Assembly (NCBI GenBank): GCA_965153355.1
Contig: OZ231126.1
Coordinates: 18,724,001 to 18,788,000, forward strand
Source: Flaccisagitta enflata
Lineage: Eukaryota
DNA length: 64,000 nt
Reading direction: 5' to 3'
Made by a program: the position numbers and the translations under genes. Positions within the stretch are counted from its first letter, which is position 1. Each line of letters begins with the position of its first letter. The notes beneath the pieces were generated by a model, which was not told the origin of the DNA, ran no database searches, and saw only the letters and a program-made list of their open reading frames with translations. This document shows positions 13,496-25,800 of this stretch, one piece after another.

Positions 13496-14552
13496 TATGG
13501 TAAATTGTAGCGTCCTTAACTTTAAAGCCACCCCGGCCACCCCGAGGTAGCTTCAAGCTGGGGTGGCCGAGGTGGCAGTAGGGGTGGCCAGAGTGGCACC
13601 TGAGGTGGCATTGGCCACCCCTAGTGCCACCCCGACTAATTCTTAAATTCAAATCAGTCGCTTATAACGAACTTGATCCGAAATTTACTTTGTCAAGTTC
13701 ATCACTCTATCAACAGAGCTATCGCGCCACATGCAATTGAAAGACATCAATTGGCGTTTTTCTTATGAATCACTTGGTTTGGAATTTTGTGTTCACTCAA
13801 TACCTTGGACCATCAGCTTTCAGAAAAACCAAAGCTTTAGGTTCTTCCTTTAAACAGTGAGAATATAAGGGGCCCCTCTTTCTACTGCTCTTATTGCTCC
13901 CATCGTACTGTAGAATGAAGGAGATTAAAAGAGTGTTCTACAGGGGGGCCTGACAACCGAAATTGTGGGGGATTTCTTTGCATATCCCGTACGGACGGAC
14001 TCATAGTGATGCACTAGTATCTTTCAGCTAAGATAAGCTGGATCAACAACCTAAGCCAAATAAGTGATCGTGCGACATATATGTTCATGTTGATGGTTTA
14101 ATCAATTTAGCCGGATAGAAGCGTCGATAAAGTTCTGATAACCTGGTTTTGTGTTAATACTCGCTTTCGGAAAGTTTCATTTCGATAAAAGCCGTATTTA
14201 AATGTATTTGTGGTAAATTGCGTAAGAATAGGCAAGTTTGGGTTGCTACCTTTTCTTGGTTCACCCATGGTCATCCGTGTCGACCGTGTGACGACTGCCT
14301 TTCCGGCCTTGTTTAGTTAAATAGTTTTGCGAACTTTTGCGAACGACTTGTAATTGTAACGTTGACTTTTCGCCTGTAAAAAGTTTCAAAGACCACCTTA
14401 AAGAATAATGGAGGAGATTCGTTTTTCAGACCCCCCTAAAGAATAATGCACAATGGAGGAGATTCACTTTTCTCTCACTTCGAAGGAGAGAGGTTTTTCT
14501 CGCCAATTTTTCGACGGAGTGTAGGGAAAGAAAAAATACTCTCCCCGCGATC

Positions 14553-17500
14553 ATGTCTCGCAGGCAGTGGAATTTTTGTATCATTTTTCTCATGACTGTA
14601 ACAACTGTCGTGGCTACCCGCGCTCGTAAGCTTGAAAAGAAAGAGGCCGGATACATGGCTACCTGAGTCGCGTGCGGGTGGGCATGATCCAGGAGCAGTG
14701 AAGTGGTGGCCGGTGACGCCAGTCAGTCTGGTGGCGGTGGAGTAGCAAGATTGACCGATTGACTAAAAGCGATTCGTAAATCTAGATTCAGACCATGCTA
14801 AAGCTTTTAGTCGCTTTTGAGTCGGTCGTTCGCTCTTCCGTTGATCTGTATCATGTGTGGTAAAATCCGTTCATCGGATGGGTGGTAATTGTTCCATTAC
14901 AGATGCAGATACATAACTCTTTAAGCTGGCGATGAAACGGATAATGAGAGACCTTAGATTTGTCTCTGACCACCACCTTAACCCCCTCTCCCTGCATAAA
15001 GTATTGGAGTCATTGGAGGTTACAATCCTTCCTACACGGTTATTACACCACGTGGCCGTGGCACGTGTAGATGTAGATGATTCCCTCAGCTGTCCGGTCT
15101 TTTTTCCAGACCACCGTTCCATTCGTTCGTATGGCCTGATTGATATTCTTTTGTGGCCCAATGGCGAAATTCCCTACCGCATGGACGCGACATTTTCCGA
15201 CGCGGCAAAGCGTCGTATCAGGGCTGGTATGGACGTGTGGGAAAAACACACCTGCGTTAGGTAACGTTCACCGGGTAGTTTAAGGAGGGTCGATGTAAGG
15301 ACTTGTGTTTATGATTACGCGGAGAAAACGTGCGATTTTGGTTATGGTTAATCATTTTCAAATGTCATTTTATGGGAAGGTTTGTTCCGTACCGTGGTCA
15401 TGAACAATATGGTCTGATCATTTTGAACGCAGGTGGATGCCAATCGAATACCGGGTAAGTTCTTTGTTTGCGTACTTGCATGTACAGACAGTGGACACAA
15501 CGGTGTACCCATTTGATTTCAATAAGACAAAATAGCGGAATATTTTATTTTGAAGGGATTTAATCGCAGACTGCAATATCTAGGCAGAATGAAATCGAGA
15601 CATTTTATTGGGGAGAAGTGGCTATGATTAATGAAAATTGTGTTTTTCATATACTTATTTAATTTCCATTCTGTTTCTATTTATTCCTTTTTCCATGTTT
15701 TTGTTTCTTAACGTACTCGTAAGTTTTTGTATTTTTGATTGTTAGGTGTCTGAGAGCGGGGAGTGAGTATTCAGATTTTGAGCGAATGGTTTACGGACCT
15801 ACATATGGACGGACGAACAGACATACCCTTTTATAGAGATGCTAGAACGCATCTAATAATGTGAGGCTGGATACACGGCACGCGGCACGCGTTTGATAAT
15901 GGTTGGAGGTGGTATCTGAGTGTTAGGGAGTGAGTAGATTTTGAGAGAAAGTGTTACGGACCTACGGATGGATGGACAGACGGACACACCATCTTATACA
16001 GATGCTAGGACGCATCTGAAAATGGGTAGGGGTGGTAGCTGAGTATAAGGGAGTGAGTAGACAGATTTTGAGAGAATAGGTTTACTGCTACACTGCAATC
16101 AAAAGCAACTGATACCAGCAAAACCTTTATGAGAAATTTGGACTGGCACATGACTTACTATTTGTTCATGCAAAATTTTAAAAGCACTGGTTTAAGCAGT
16201 TTAACTTCTACCTGATTTAGAAATTTGATAAAATCTTTAGATTTTTTCTTTAAAAACCGTGTTTCTAAGCAAGTTTACATTAACATATTCTAGTAATTTT
16301 CATATGGATTGACTACAGTGCGACGCAAAAATAAGTTTCAGGTTTTGTCACAAGTCTTTTGTATGTTCAATAGCAGATAAGAACCTTTTATCATTGAGAT
16401 TATTAAAGGATTTTTAGTTTTCTTTAATTTGGGACCAATCCCAGATTTTTAGCTGTTTGTCCCCGACGAACAGTTTTCGTCGGTGACTATGAAGTAGCAT
16501 TGATCGTGTAGTCTGTCTGTTTGTCTGTCTGTTTAAAACCCTTGATATTTTTGGAACCAGACTTCAGAATTTTATGAAACTTTGCTGGTGTTGTTTATAG
16601 GTCAATAGGAGCATGTGTACCAATTTTCAAAAAAATTCATTAACTTTTAGTACCCTTTGCCTATTATTTTTATGGTAATATTTAACTGGACTTAGGCGAT
16701 TTGGATACCTAAGATGCATAAAAATCCTATAGGCAATAGATTTATTGCAGGATCCAAATTTTGTTCAATCAAAATGCTTTCAAAACACTTTTCTAAAGCT
16801 TTAAAATTAATTTTGCATCATATGAAAAATTATAATAAAACAGTTTTTGAAAGGACAGGGTTGAATCATTTTTGGATTTTGGATAGTTCTCTAGAATTTT
16901 TAGAAAAAATGAAATCTGAGAGGATCAATCATATGGAAACATATGATTTTTCCACTCTGTACACAGCCTTGCCTCATAGAGAAATAAAACATAGATTTTC
17001 CGCTATCTTTCAGAAAGTCTTTAATAGGGAGGCAAGACCATACATAAGCGTCAATATACACGGGGCTCATTTTAGTCCTACAAAAGTCAATGGTAGATTT
17101 TCTTTCAGATCTGAAGATATGCAGGAGATTTTGGAATTTATTTTAGATAATATATATGTAAAATATGGAAAGGATGTGTATAAGCAAATGATAGGAATAC
17201 CTATTGGTCTTGATTCTGGACAGGATATAGCTAATCTACTTTTATATAGTTATGAATCAGACTATGTGGGGGAAATTTCTAAGGTAGATCTTCCTTTAGC
17301 AAGAAAATTTAAGCTTAATGAAAGATATATAGATGATCTTTTTGTAGCTAATTTTCCGACCTTCAGGGATCATATCTATAGAATATACCCTCAAGACCTA
17401 GAAATTAAATTAGAATCTAGCAATACTCTTGAGGTAACATACTTAGATTTAAAAATTAAATCAGAAAATTCTATACTTAATTTTTCTGTCTATGATAAAC

Positions 17501-19761
17501 GTGATGATTTTTCTTTTGATATTGTTAATTTTCCATTCATAGACAGCTGTATACCAAAAAAATCGGCCTTGGGAGTTTATTATAGCCAATTAATAAGATT
17601 TTCTAGATTATCATCAAGATATGCGGATTTTTTAATCAGAAGCAAATCTTTGGTGGACAAACTTAAGACCCAAGGCTACAAAATTATTGATTTAAAAAGA
17701 CTAACATCTAGATTTTTTAAAGAAAAACATGATATACTAATAAATTATAATATTCCTAGTACAGATGACTTCATCAAAAATATTTTTGATTAAATAATTT
17801 TTTGGGTGGGAGGCTATGAGAATCTTTTTGACCCACTTGTCGCAGACCATAGCCAAACACCATCTTTAAATATCAGGGGAGGAAGGCGTTATATATAATG
17901 CCCCTCATTAAATTCTTTTATTATTTTCCAACATTTCTCTAATGTTTTTTAATATTTTTCAGAGAGCAGTATTGGTGGGAGGCTATGAGAATCTTTTGAC
18001 CCACTTGTCGCAGACCATAGCCAATCACCTTCTAGGTTTTACTATAGTTTTAATTATTATTCCTAATATATTTTTTTAAAAAAAGATTTTTTCCTATAAT
18101 AAAGAATTTTGAAAATAATTGGGAAAACTCATGATATTCCCTTTGATGTCATGGCGTGTTCCTGATGATTTCTATATTCTACAAACCATGCAGTGAAGGA
18201 CACCTTCAAGGTGTGCCCCACCTGTACTTGGGTCTTGGTGAATATATACATGTGTATTCTAGATATATATGTATATATGGGGCGAAACCCTTTTTTTGGG
18301 TACAGGACACCAACTGATGACCAGAAGCTGAATGGTTTGTTATTATATCAAATTATATTAATTATATCAATTTTTATTATTTTTTATGGACATGTACAAA
18401 ACCTTTTACCCCTCATGGTGACCTATCATCCCATGATATATCTTCTTTGAAGATGAAGGCTTTTTCCCTTTAATCACTAAGAAGTAATTATAACCTTAAC
18501 CAATTTTAGTAAAAATTCACCTTTCTCCCACCCCCCTAATTAGGATAAAGGGGCTCAGCTGGGGATATGGACACCCTGGTTCCTTTTTTTCAGTTAGGTA
18601 ATTTTAACCAAAATTGGGCTGAGTTGATGGTCCCGATCAATGCCAGAGGACAGCTCTAACAATACCCTTCCCTTAAAATATTTTTTATATATATATTTTT
18701 TAAAATACACTTAAAATTTTGTTTTAAATAGAAGAAATATGACACATTTAGTAAAAAGTATATACCTGAGGAATTTTGATAGCGTTTCAAAAAACCATAT
18801 ATTAGGTATGTATGTGTATGTAATGGAAGCTTACACTATATAAATGTCCGTATTTTTTCAGATTTTCTTTAAAGTTTAATGTTTCATATTTGGATAATTG
18901 TATGAGTTTTATGTAGAATAAATTGTTGCACACATCACATAGGCAGAGGGTAGTAAACTTATGTGAATTTTTTTTTAATTTGGTATACAAGTAAGGGTCA
19001 CTGAATAAGCAGCCCCTGCAAAATTCGAATTAAATCTGAAGTCTGGTTCATGAGATATTAGCTAATTTATTTATGTAGTAATATGTTACTGGGACTTAGG
19101 CGATTTACATAGGCAGAGGGTAGTAAACTTATGTGAATTTTTTTTTAATTTGGTATACAAGTAAAGGATAGTAAATAAACCACCCCTGCAAAATTCGAAT
19201 TAAATCTGAAGTCTGGTTTAGGAGATATTAGCTTATTTATGTAGTAATATGTTATTAGGACTTCGGCAGTTTACATAGGCAAAGGGTAGTCAAGTTATGT
19301 GATTTTTTTTTTAATTTGGTATTCATTTAAAGGACATCAATTGAACAGCCCCTGCAAAATTCGATTTAAATCTGAAGTCTGGTTTATGAGATATAAACAT
19401 ATTTATGAAGTAATATATTACTGCTGTGTGAGTGGGTGAATTGTTCATTGAGGAGATTCGCACTTTTCTCATTTACATATTGCGGATGACCATTTATTTG
19501 TTCAAAGATTTTTGTGTGATGCATTTATTAGTTAAATATCATTTTACATTCACTCATGTTGTTGTTCAGCTTTATAGCAATTTCATTATTACGATTTAAA
19601 TGATAAACAATTACTGATTTAGTTACTTGTAATTCCCAACGCTGAACTACTTATAGTATTCAGAAGATTTGCTCTGGTCAAAGTTCACCTTCATGGTAAA
19701 TAGGTTTGCACACACACACACGCACGCACACGCACGCACACACACGCACACACACACACGC

Positions 19762-19827
<66 letters not shown>

Positions 19828-22800
19828 AGCGCGCCAGCGAGCTCGGTCGCCAAACTAGATACTTAGTATCCAGATCTGGATACTTTTTAGGGGTGCTTAG
19901 ATACCTGAAAAGGCATCTGGATTCTGGATACTTTTGGGAGAAAACTTTAGATACTCCAGCTTAAATCTAGATACTTGAATTAGTGGCTTTAAAATATTTT
20001 TTTAAACATGCTCAACTACTTTTCTTAGGTAATGGACTTAAATCTGGGCTAAGAAAATGAATTTCTTATCTTAGTTAAGCTGATACAAATGTTCATATGT
20101 TTGTGTGTCAGTTGCTTGGTTTTTTGGATGATGCAAATTTGGCCATAGAACTTTTTAAGGGTCATATTGCCTTTGCCCCTGTTTACCGGCCAAGCATCCA
20201 ATATTGTTTTTCAATCAATTTAAGATGCTCTTACTAAATTATGAATGACATAAAATAACTGTGTCCTAGAAAGTATTTTGCCCTCATAGTTTTCCTTAAG
20301 CCTTCATAGCCTTCATAACCTTCATAGTATTCCTATAGAGGCCTTAGATTTCTCATAACATCATAAACAATGTTTTTTTAGTGTCAGACACACGACTCTA
20401 GAACTTGCTATATTGGGCTGTCTGTCTGTTCATCTGTTTAATTGTTCGAAACTTTTTTTAAAATGTGAGCAGTTTTTTAGTTGCGTGCTATGCAACTCCA
20501 CCCTGTTTAGTTTGTCCATCCATTAGTTGGTTGGTTGGTTGGTCCTCTTTTTATTTTTTCGGCGTTTTTGAGCTAACCCCTCCTGCCCAAATACTCTGGT
20601 GACCTTTTCTTTCACTGCTCCTGCCTACCCACACGCAACTGGGGTAGCCGTGTAACCAGCCTTGTTACTATACTGCCTTAGCCCACCTGTCCGCAACTGG
20701 GGGTAGTGTATAAGGCCTTGTTCATGTAAATAGCCATTATAAAATATCTCTATTCTTTCTAATCTTTCTATATCTATTTTTAGTCGCATGCTACGCGACT
20801 CTATACCCCGCTTTGTTGGTCCGTCGGTTGGTCGGGCAGTCGGTTGGTCGGTCCCTTTTACCTTTTTGCCGTTTTTAAGCTTTATGGGCTCACAGCTCCT
20901 TCCCAAATGCCATTATAAGTCATTCTTAATCATTTTAAGTCATTTTAAGTCATTCTGAGTCATTCTAAGTCATTTTAAGTTGTATTAAGTTACTAAAGTC
21001 AACAAGGTCAAAATGGTCATTTCAGTCATTTTAAGTCATTTCAGGTCATCTTGAGTCATTTAAACTCAATTTAAGTCATCTTAAGCTATTTATGTACTCC
21101 ACGCGACTTATAGGTGTTGGCCTTGTTAGTTCTGATTGTACTAAATCAAGTGGTACCTGTAGGGATTGGCTTTTTACATCAATTTTTCTTGCTATTTGAT
21201 TAATTTTACTTACGGGTGCCGCCTACCTTACTTTTTGTTATAGAATAAAGGCAATGCGAGGGCCAAAAAAATTCCTGTACTTTTTCATTGGGAGATGAAG
21301 AGATAAGGGGTTATGAGCAAAATAATCATATAGCTATAAAACTATGACGTGCTAGATAATCCCTGCTGTTACAAGCTAACTTGACTCATTAAGTTTTCTA
21401 TGGCAATCTTTTCTCAAATCCTCTTTGCATTGTTGATTTAGAAAGTTATGAGCTCAAGAGTTGCAGCATCTTCTACATTAATCGGTCTATTTGTATCACC
21501 CAAATGTTTTTTTTTTACAACTATCATTATTCATATTGATTTCTTTAACAAAACGTTATCTAGATACTAATCTAGATACTGCGGAAAAATCCTAGATACT
21601 TTCTGGATACTTCTTGGGGTTTCTTTAGATACTTGGCCTCCACTACATTTGGCGACCGAGCCAGCGAGTTAGCGCGCGTGCACGGATACCAAGGTGTGCC
21701 TTCTTGTTTAGCGTTTAAGGTGTGCCGTCATGGACTCATAAGGTTTTTTTTTTTTAAATTTTTTTTTTTTAAAAAAAAATTTTTTTTTGAATTTTTTTTT
21801 TTTTGAAATTTTTTTTTGAATAAAAATTTTGAAAAAAATTTTTTGAAATTTTTTTTTTTTGAAAATTTTTTTGAAATTTTTTTTTTTTTGAAATTTTTTT
21901 TTTTTTTTTGTGTATCTTCTCGAGTCGCGTTTACGCGACGAGAAAGCTTCAAAAATTACAGTCCCCAGTCGGGGACTGTAATTTTGAAGCTTTTTTTGTT
22001 TAGGCGTGACATTGATTTGAAGTAGTACATATCAAAATTACCTTGGGAAAAACAGCAAAAAATGATGATATTTTCATTGCTTGAAAACATGACTGATTCA
22101 CTTCAAACTAATGTCATTTGAAAAGGAATCAAGCTATAAAGTTCTGCTTGGTCTAGATTTGTAGATTATTTGAAGATCTTTAAAAAGCTCATGGATATGA
22201 TGCATGAATCATGATTCTTTTTTAGTCTATTAAAGAAAAACAAGGTCTAAGATGTGTTTCATCAATAGTTAGTACTGGTTAATTATATCCCCTCTTTGAA
22301 CTTGTATAACTTTATTACAAATTAAGTTACAATAATGGGATTGGACTAGATTTGTAGAATTTTTGAAGATGTTTAAATATATCATGGATTTTAATTGTCT
22401 AAACTCATTACTTTTGAAATATTTCCTTACTAAACTGATTGAAACTTATTTTTGCGCCGCACTGTAGAACCCGTCAGATTGTCTATGATAATTGAGGTAA
22501 TTGACCCTTCTTTTAAACAATTTCTGATTTTTTGCCATTTCTGTAGAGATTTAGGTTGTCAATAACCAGTGATGTGACATAACACCTGCTCAAACTAAAA
22601 AAATCAGAGGAAAAAATCAGAATTACCACATGAATTTCAGCATCTAAATATTTCTTTTTACAGGGTGTATCACATCAAACAGGACAAAAGAAAACGATGT
22701 ATTTTTGCTTCTAGAAGTGCAAAGTCATTTCTGAAAACTGTTTCTAAAAGATAACTTCAGACGATTTTTGAATGATACAGACTTTTACTAGTCATGGTTA

Positions 22801-25800
22801 ACACATACCCTCAACAAAACCATAAAAAAATGCATTTTTTTAGCAAAAAATGCTAATTTCTATCCCAATTCAAGGTTTTTCCTTAGATTTTCCTAGCTAT
22901 ATACAGATATAGATGACAAAAAATTGTCAGAAATGTTTTTCAGTAAAGCTAGGATACTGAAGATTGGGATTCCCTCATGACCTTTGTCAAAATTGTATCA
23001 TTCAATATAGTTATTGACTTTTTTATCAATGCACATAAAATTCTTTTGTGATGAAAATTACAAAAAAGTCTCTGGACCCAACCAATACTGTACAATTTTC
23101 TCATTTTTTGCACAGGTATGATTTTACCTCACAATATCTTTAATTCAAGACCATTGCCAGGATTGTGGCACTATTTGTTTGGAAATAAGAGTTGGATAAA
23201 AGGATGCTTGTCAAAGCTCAACAAAACAAGCAAAAACTCAAAGTAAAAACTATACTTTGCTCTAAATAATACAAAGGGATTCAGTTTTCTTAATGAGCCT
23301 TTGGCAAAATACAGATATAAAAATCGTTTTTTAAGAGCTTTCTGAACCTGTTTACAGAATCATTCTACCATTTCTAGAAGCAAAGATACATCGTTTTCTT
23401 TGGTCCTGTTTGGGGTGGTACTCCCTGTAGTGCTTTCACGCTCAAGGAAAGAATCGTGATAATTGTGTTTTTTTTATAAATAAATCAGTATTATCAGGAT
23501 TTCTTCTTTGAGCGTGAAAGCATTGCATAGTTGAGACTAATATCTCACTTTTAAGACCAATCTGACCATTTTACATTGATTTGTAAAGAAATAAAATTGA
23601 TTTAAAGCTGCAGAGGTCAGTTAATCAATATTTTCAGAAACTTCACATGGGGTAAATCACAATTTTACTCAAAACCACATGCAAGCTTAACCGCTAGAGC
23701 CAGTGCTATGAAATTTTTCATGAATAAACGGTAGGTTATGTGCTTTAGGAAAAAACCAATCCAAAAAATGAATGTTTTAGGCATAATAAAGGTTTTGCTG
23801 GTGTCCGTTGCTTTTGATTTCAGGGTAGATGGACGAACAGACGTCCCCTCTTAAACAGATGCGAGACGCATCTAATGATGCATGTAAAAAACTTAATTTG
23901 AATTTAATTTTTTACATTGACTGAATTTGCTGATATGGGAGTGATGCTTTTTGTTGTTCCTGAGTGAGGCCGCTAGGAAATTTGGTTGGCCCCACATGTC
24001 CAAAGAATTGCGAAAACTGAATTTACAGAGCTGGACGTAAAAGAAGAACAAACTTGGAAGAGGGCAAGTGCGATAGTCCCCACTCGATACACCACGAATT
24101 GGGCCATGCTCTTGGACTGGAGCACGAGCAAGAAAGACCTGATCGGCTGCCCGACAAAATGCCCAATGCTCCAGGAGTATGTCCATTAGAGAGAGTATTC
24201 ATGATGTGTATATGGCTCTCCTCCATCTTATCGAAACACAGGATCAAGCGATTTCCAGATCAATTTGTTAAGGACAGTGTAATACAATTATCCGTTTGGT
24301 TATAGATAGGTAGCTTTGTTACAGTACGATGGGAACAAAGACGACCTAGACTGGAGGATAGATTTTAATTACTTTGATTTTGATTCCTTTTCTAGTACCA
24401 CGGATCAAGCTACCCTATGGATCAATTTCATCAATATTTGTCTTCAACTTATGATGTCTTATCGGTTATGCACTATCCTTCTCATACTGTTGTGGACAAT
24501 CTTGTTTGGGGGAGGCACACGAAGGAAATTGACCGATACAGAACCCCGGTGCTTATTGTGATTAACAACCTCTCGATTTTTTTTGTCATTCCTTGATGAG
24601 TTCGCTATCTCATTGTTAAACCGTCAATTTGCTTTTGCAGGATCCTTGTTATCAGCAGTTTATTGGGTACGGGTCAGAGCCATCATTTTACGATGTGAAA
24701 GGTGAGGCTGTGTTTTTAAACATTTGTAGAGTACGTTGGGAGTAAATACAGCCTAAACAGGAAGACAGTGTTTAAGTTTCCTAATTTGGATAATAAAATA
24801 TTTAGAATTTTAAATTTTGCCGAAAATTTGGTGTTAAACAAAACAAGGCAAAAGTCTCAGACAGCCTGGTAGGGGATGTACTACAAGAATACAGCACAAC
24901 AGTATTTCACACCTACATATTTTACAACAACCTAATACCTAACAACCAAAAAAAAAACAGTTTCCAAAAATATTTTGGAAAGAGGGATGTACAGAGGGAC
25001 TTACAAAGCAAGGTCTAAAAACGCATATTCGCACCTAAATTTAGTCAAAAAACTGATTTTTTACATAACACTGTATAAAATTCTCTACCAAGTACTGTAT
25101 ATGAACTTTCATTCGCGTAGTAATGATACAGATACATCGAAAAACAATCATCCGCTAAAACTACAATAATTATCTGAATGTAGAAAATGAAAATTATGGG
25201 TATGAATTTCGCTTTAAAGAACCTCATCAGCCAGTCTGTTTTGATCCACCATTTTTAGGAATTAATTTGGCGTACAAGTGTGGCCTCCGTTGCAACTCGA
25301 CCGTGGTTACCCAGTGCGCCGAAAAAGGTCAGTTTCTTCAGCAGCACAAAACCTTGTTGAAGTAGTTGCACTGGGGTTTAAATAGTGTTTTTTTTTTTTT
25401 TTTTGTCGACTCTACGATCAAGGGGACGATTGCTACGTCGGTGGGGACTGTGAATGCCTCTGCCCCTCCATGTGGTGGGATCCCTGTCGGAGATCTCCGA
25501 GTGAACCTCCTAAAATAGTTCCATGTGATTATGGAGTTTACAAGTTTGGCCAAGGATGGCAATGTGCCAACGGAAGATGCATCGATAAGGAATTTCTTTG
25601 CGATGATTATGCCGGTTAGTTGTTCATTTTTCCTTAGGGTGAGTGAAAAAACCTACCCATCGTGTATTTTGGTTTTTTCATTTTCATCTTTTTAATTTTC
25701 TTCGTATTTTTCCTCACCCTTGTCTTAATCTTGCTTTTCTTTCTTACCTTCTTCTTTTTATCTTCATCCTTATCTTTTTCTTATTCTTCTTTTACTTATA

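Larger units (their letters stand above)
11222..13679. mobile_element. GG...CC TIR element with 8-bp TSD (Merlin-like)
   Basis: TIR ggctaaagttcgttataaacgactgatttgaattta and its inverse, TSD GAAATTTA (11214-11221, 13680-13687), and ggggtggc sub-terminal repeats. The superfamily call is inference. Confidence 0.75.
11005..13910. mobile_element. TA-flanked Tc1/mariner-type element with a tRNA-like core, hosting nested insertions
   Basis: ta|cagtaccataggagcaat ... attgctcccatcgtactg|ta, plus sub-terminal inverted similarity (tctgaaagctg/cagctttcaga). Confidence 0.7.
16458..21995 (+). mobile_element. HINE/DINE-1-like element interrupted by the Penelope-like element and an 8-bp-TSD element
   Basis: 5' palindrome ccgacgaa..ttcgtcgg, a (gtct)n tract, about 170-bp tandem units (18937-19420), and 3' sub-TIR gtcggggac inside the hairpin aagcttcaaaaattacagtcccc..ggggactgtaattttgaagctt. 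Confidence 0.7.
16316..22464. mobile_element. TA-flanked Tc1/mariner-type element (CAGTG termini)
   Basis: ta|cagtgcgacgcaaaaataagtttca ... tgaaacttatttttgcgccgcactg|ta. Confidence 0.85.
16091..23825. mobile_element. TA-flanked element of the same family as 12204-13495; outermost layer of a nest in astacin intron 3
   Basis: ta|cactgcaatcaaaagcaactgataccagcaaaacctttat ... ataaaggttttgctggtgtccgttgcttttgatttcaggg|ta. Confidence 0.8.

Noticed and set aside
14932-15109. N-terminal part of the 110-aa ORF as the astacin pro-domain
   Set aside because: No phase-compatible acceptor links it to the signal exon, and the strong acceptor is at 15109. It is probably intronic read-through.
17803-18030. 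SECIS element or HDV-like ribozyme interpretation of the duplicated motif
   Set aside because: The ATGA/GA spacing leaves too short a 3' helix for SECIS, no downstream P2 partner was found for an HDV fold, and the retained RT has no in-frame TGA. It is kept as an unclassified structure.
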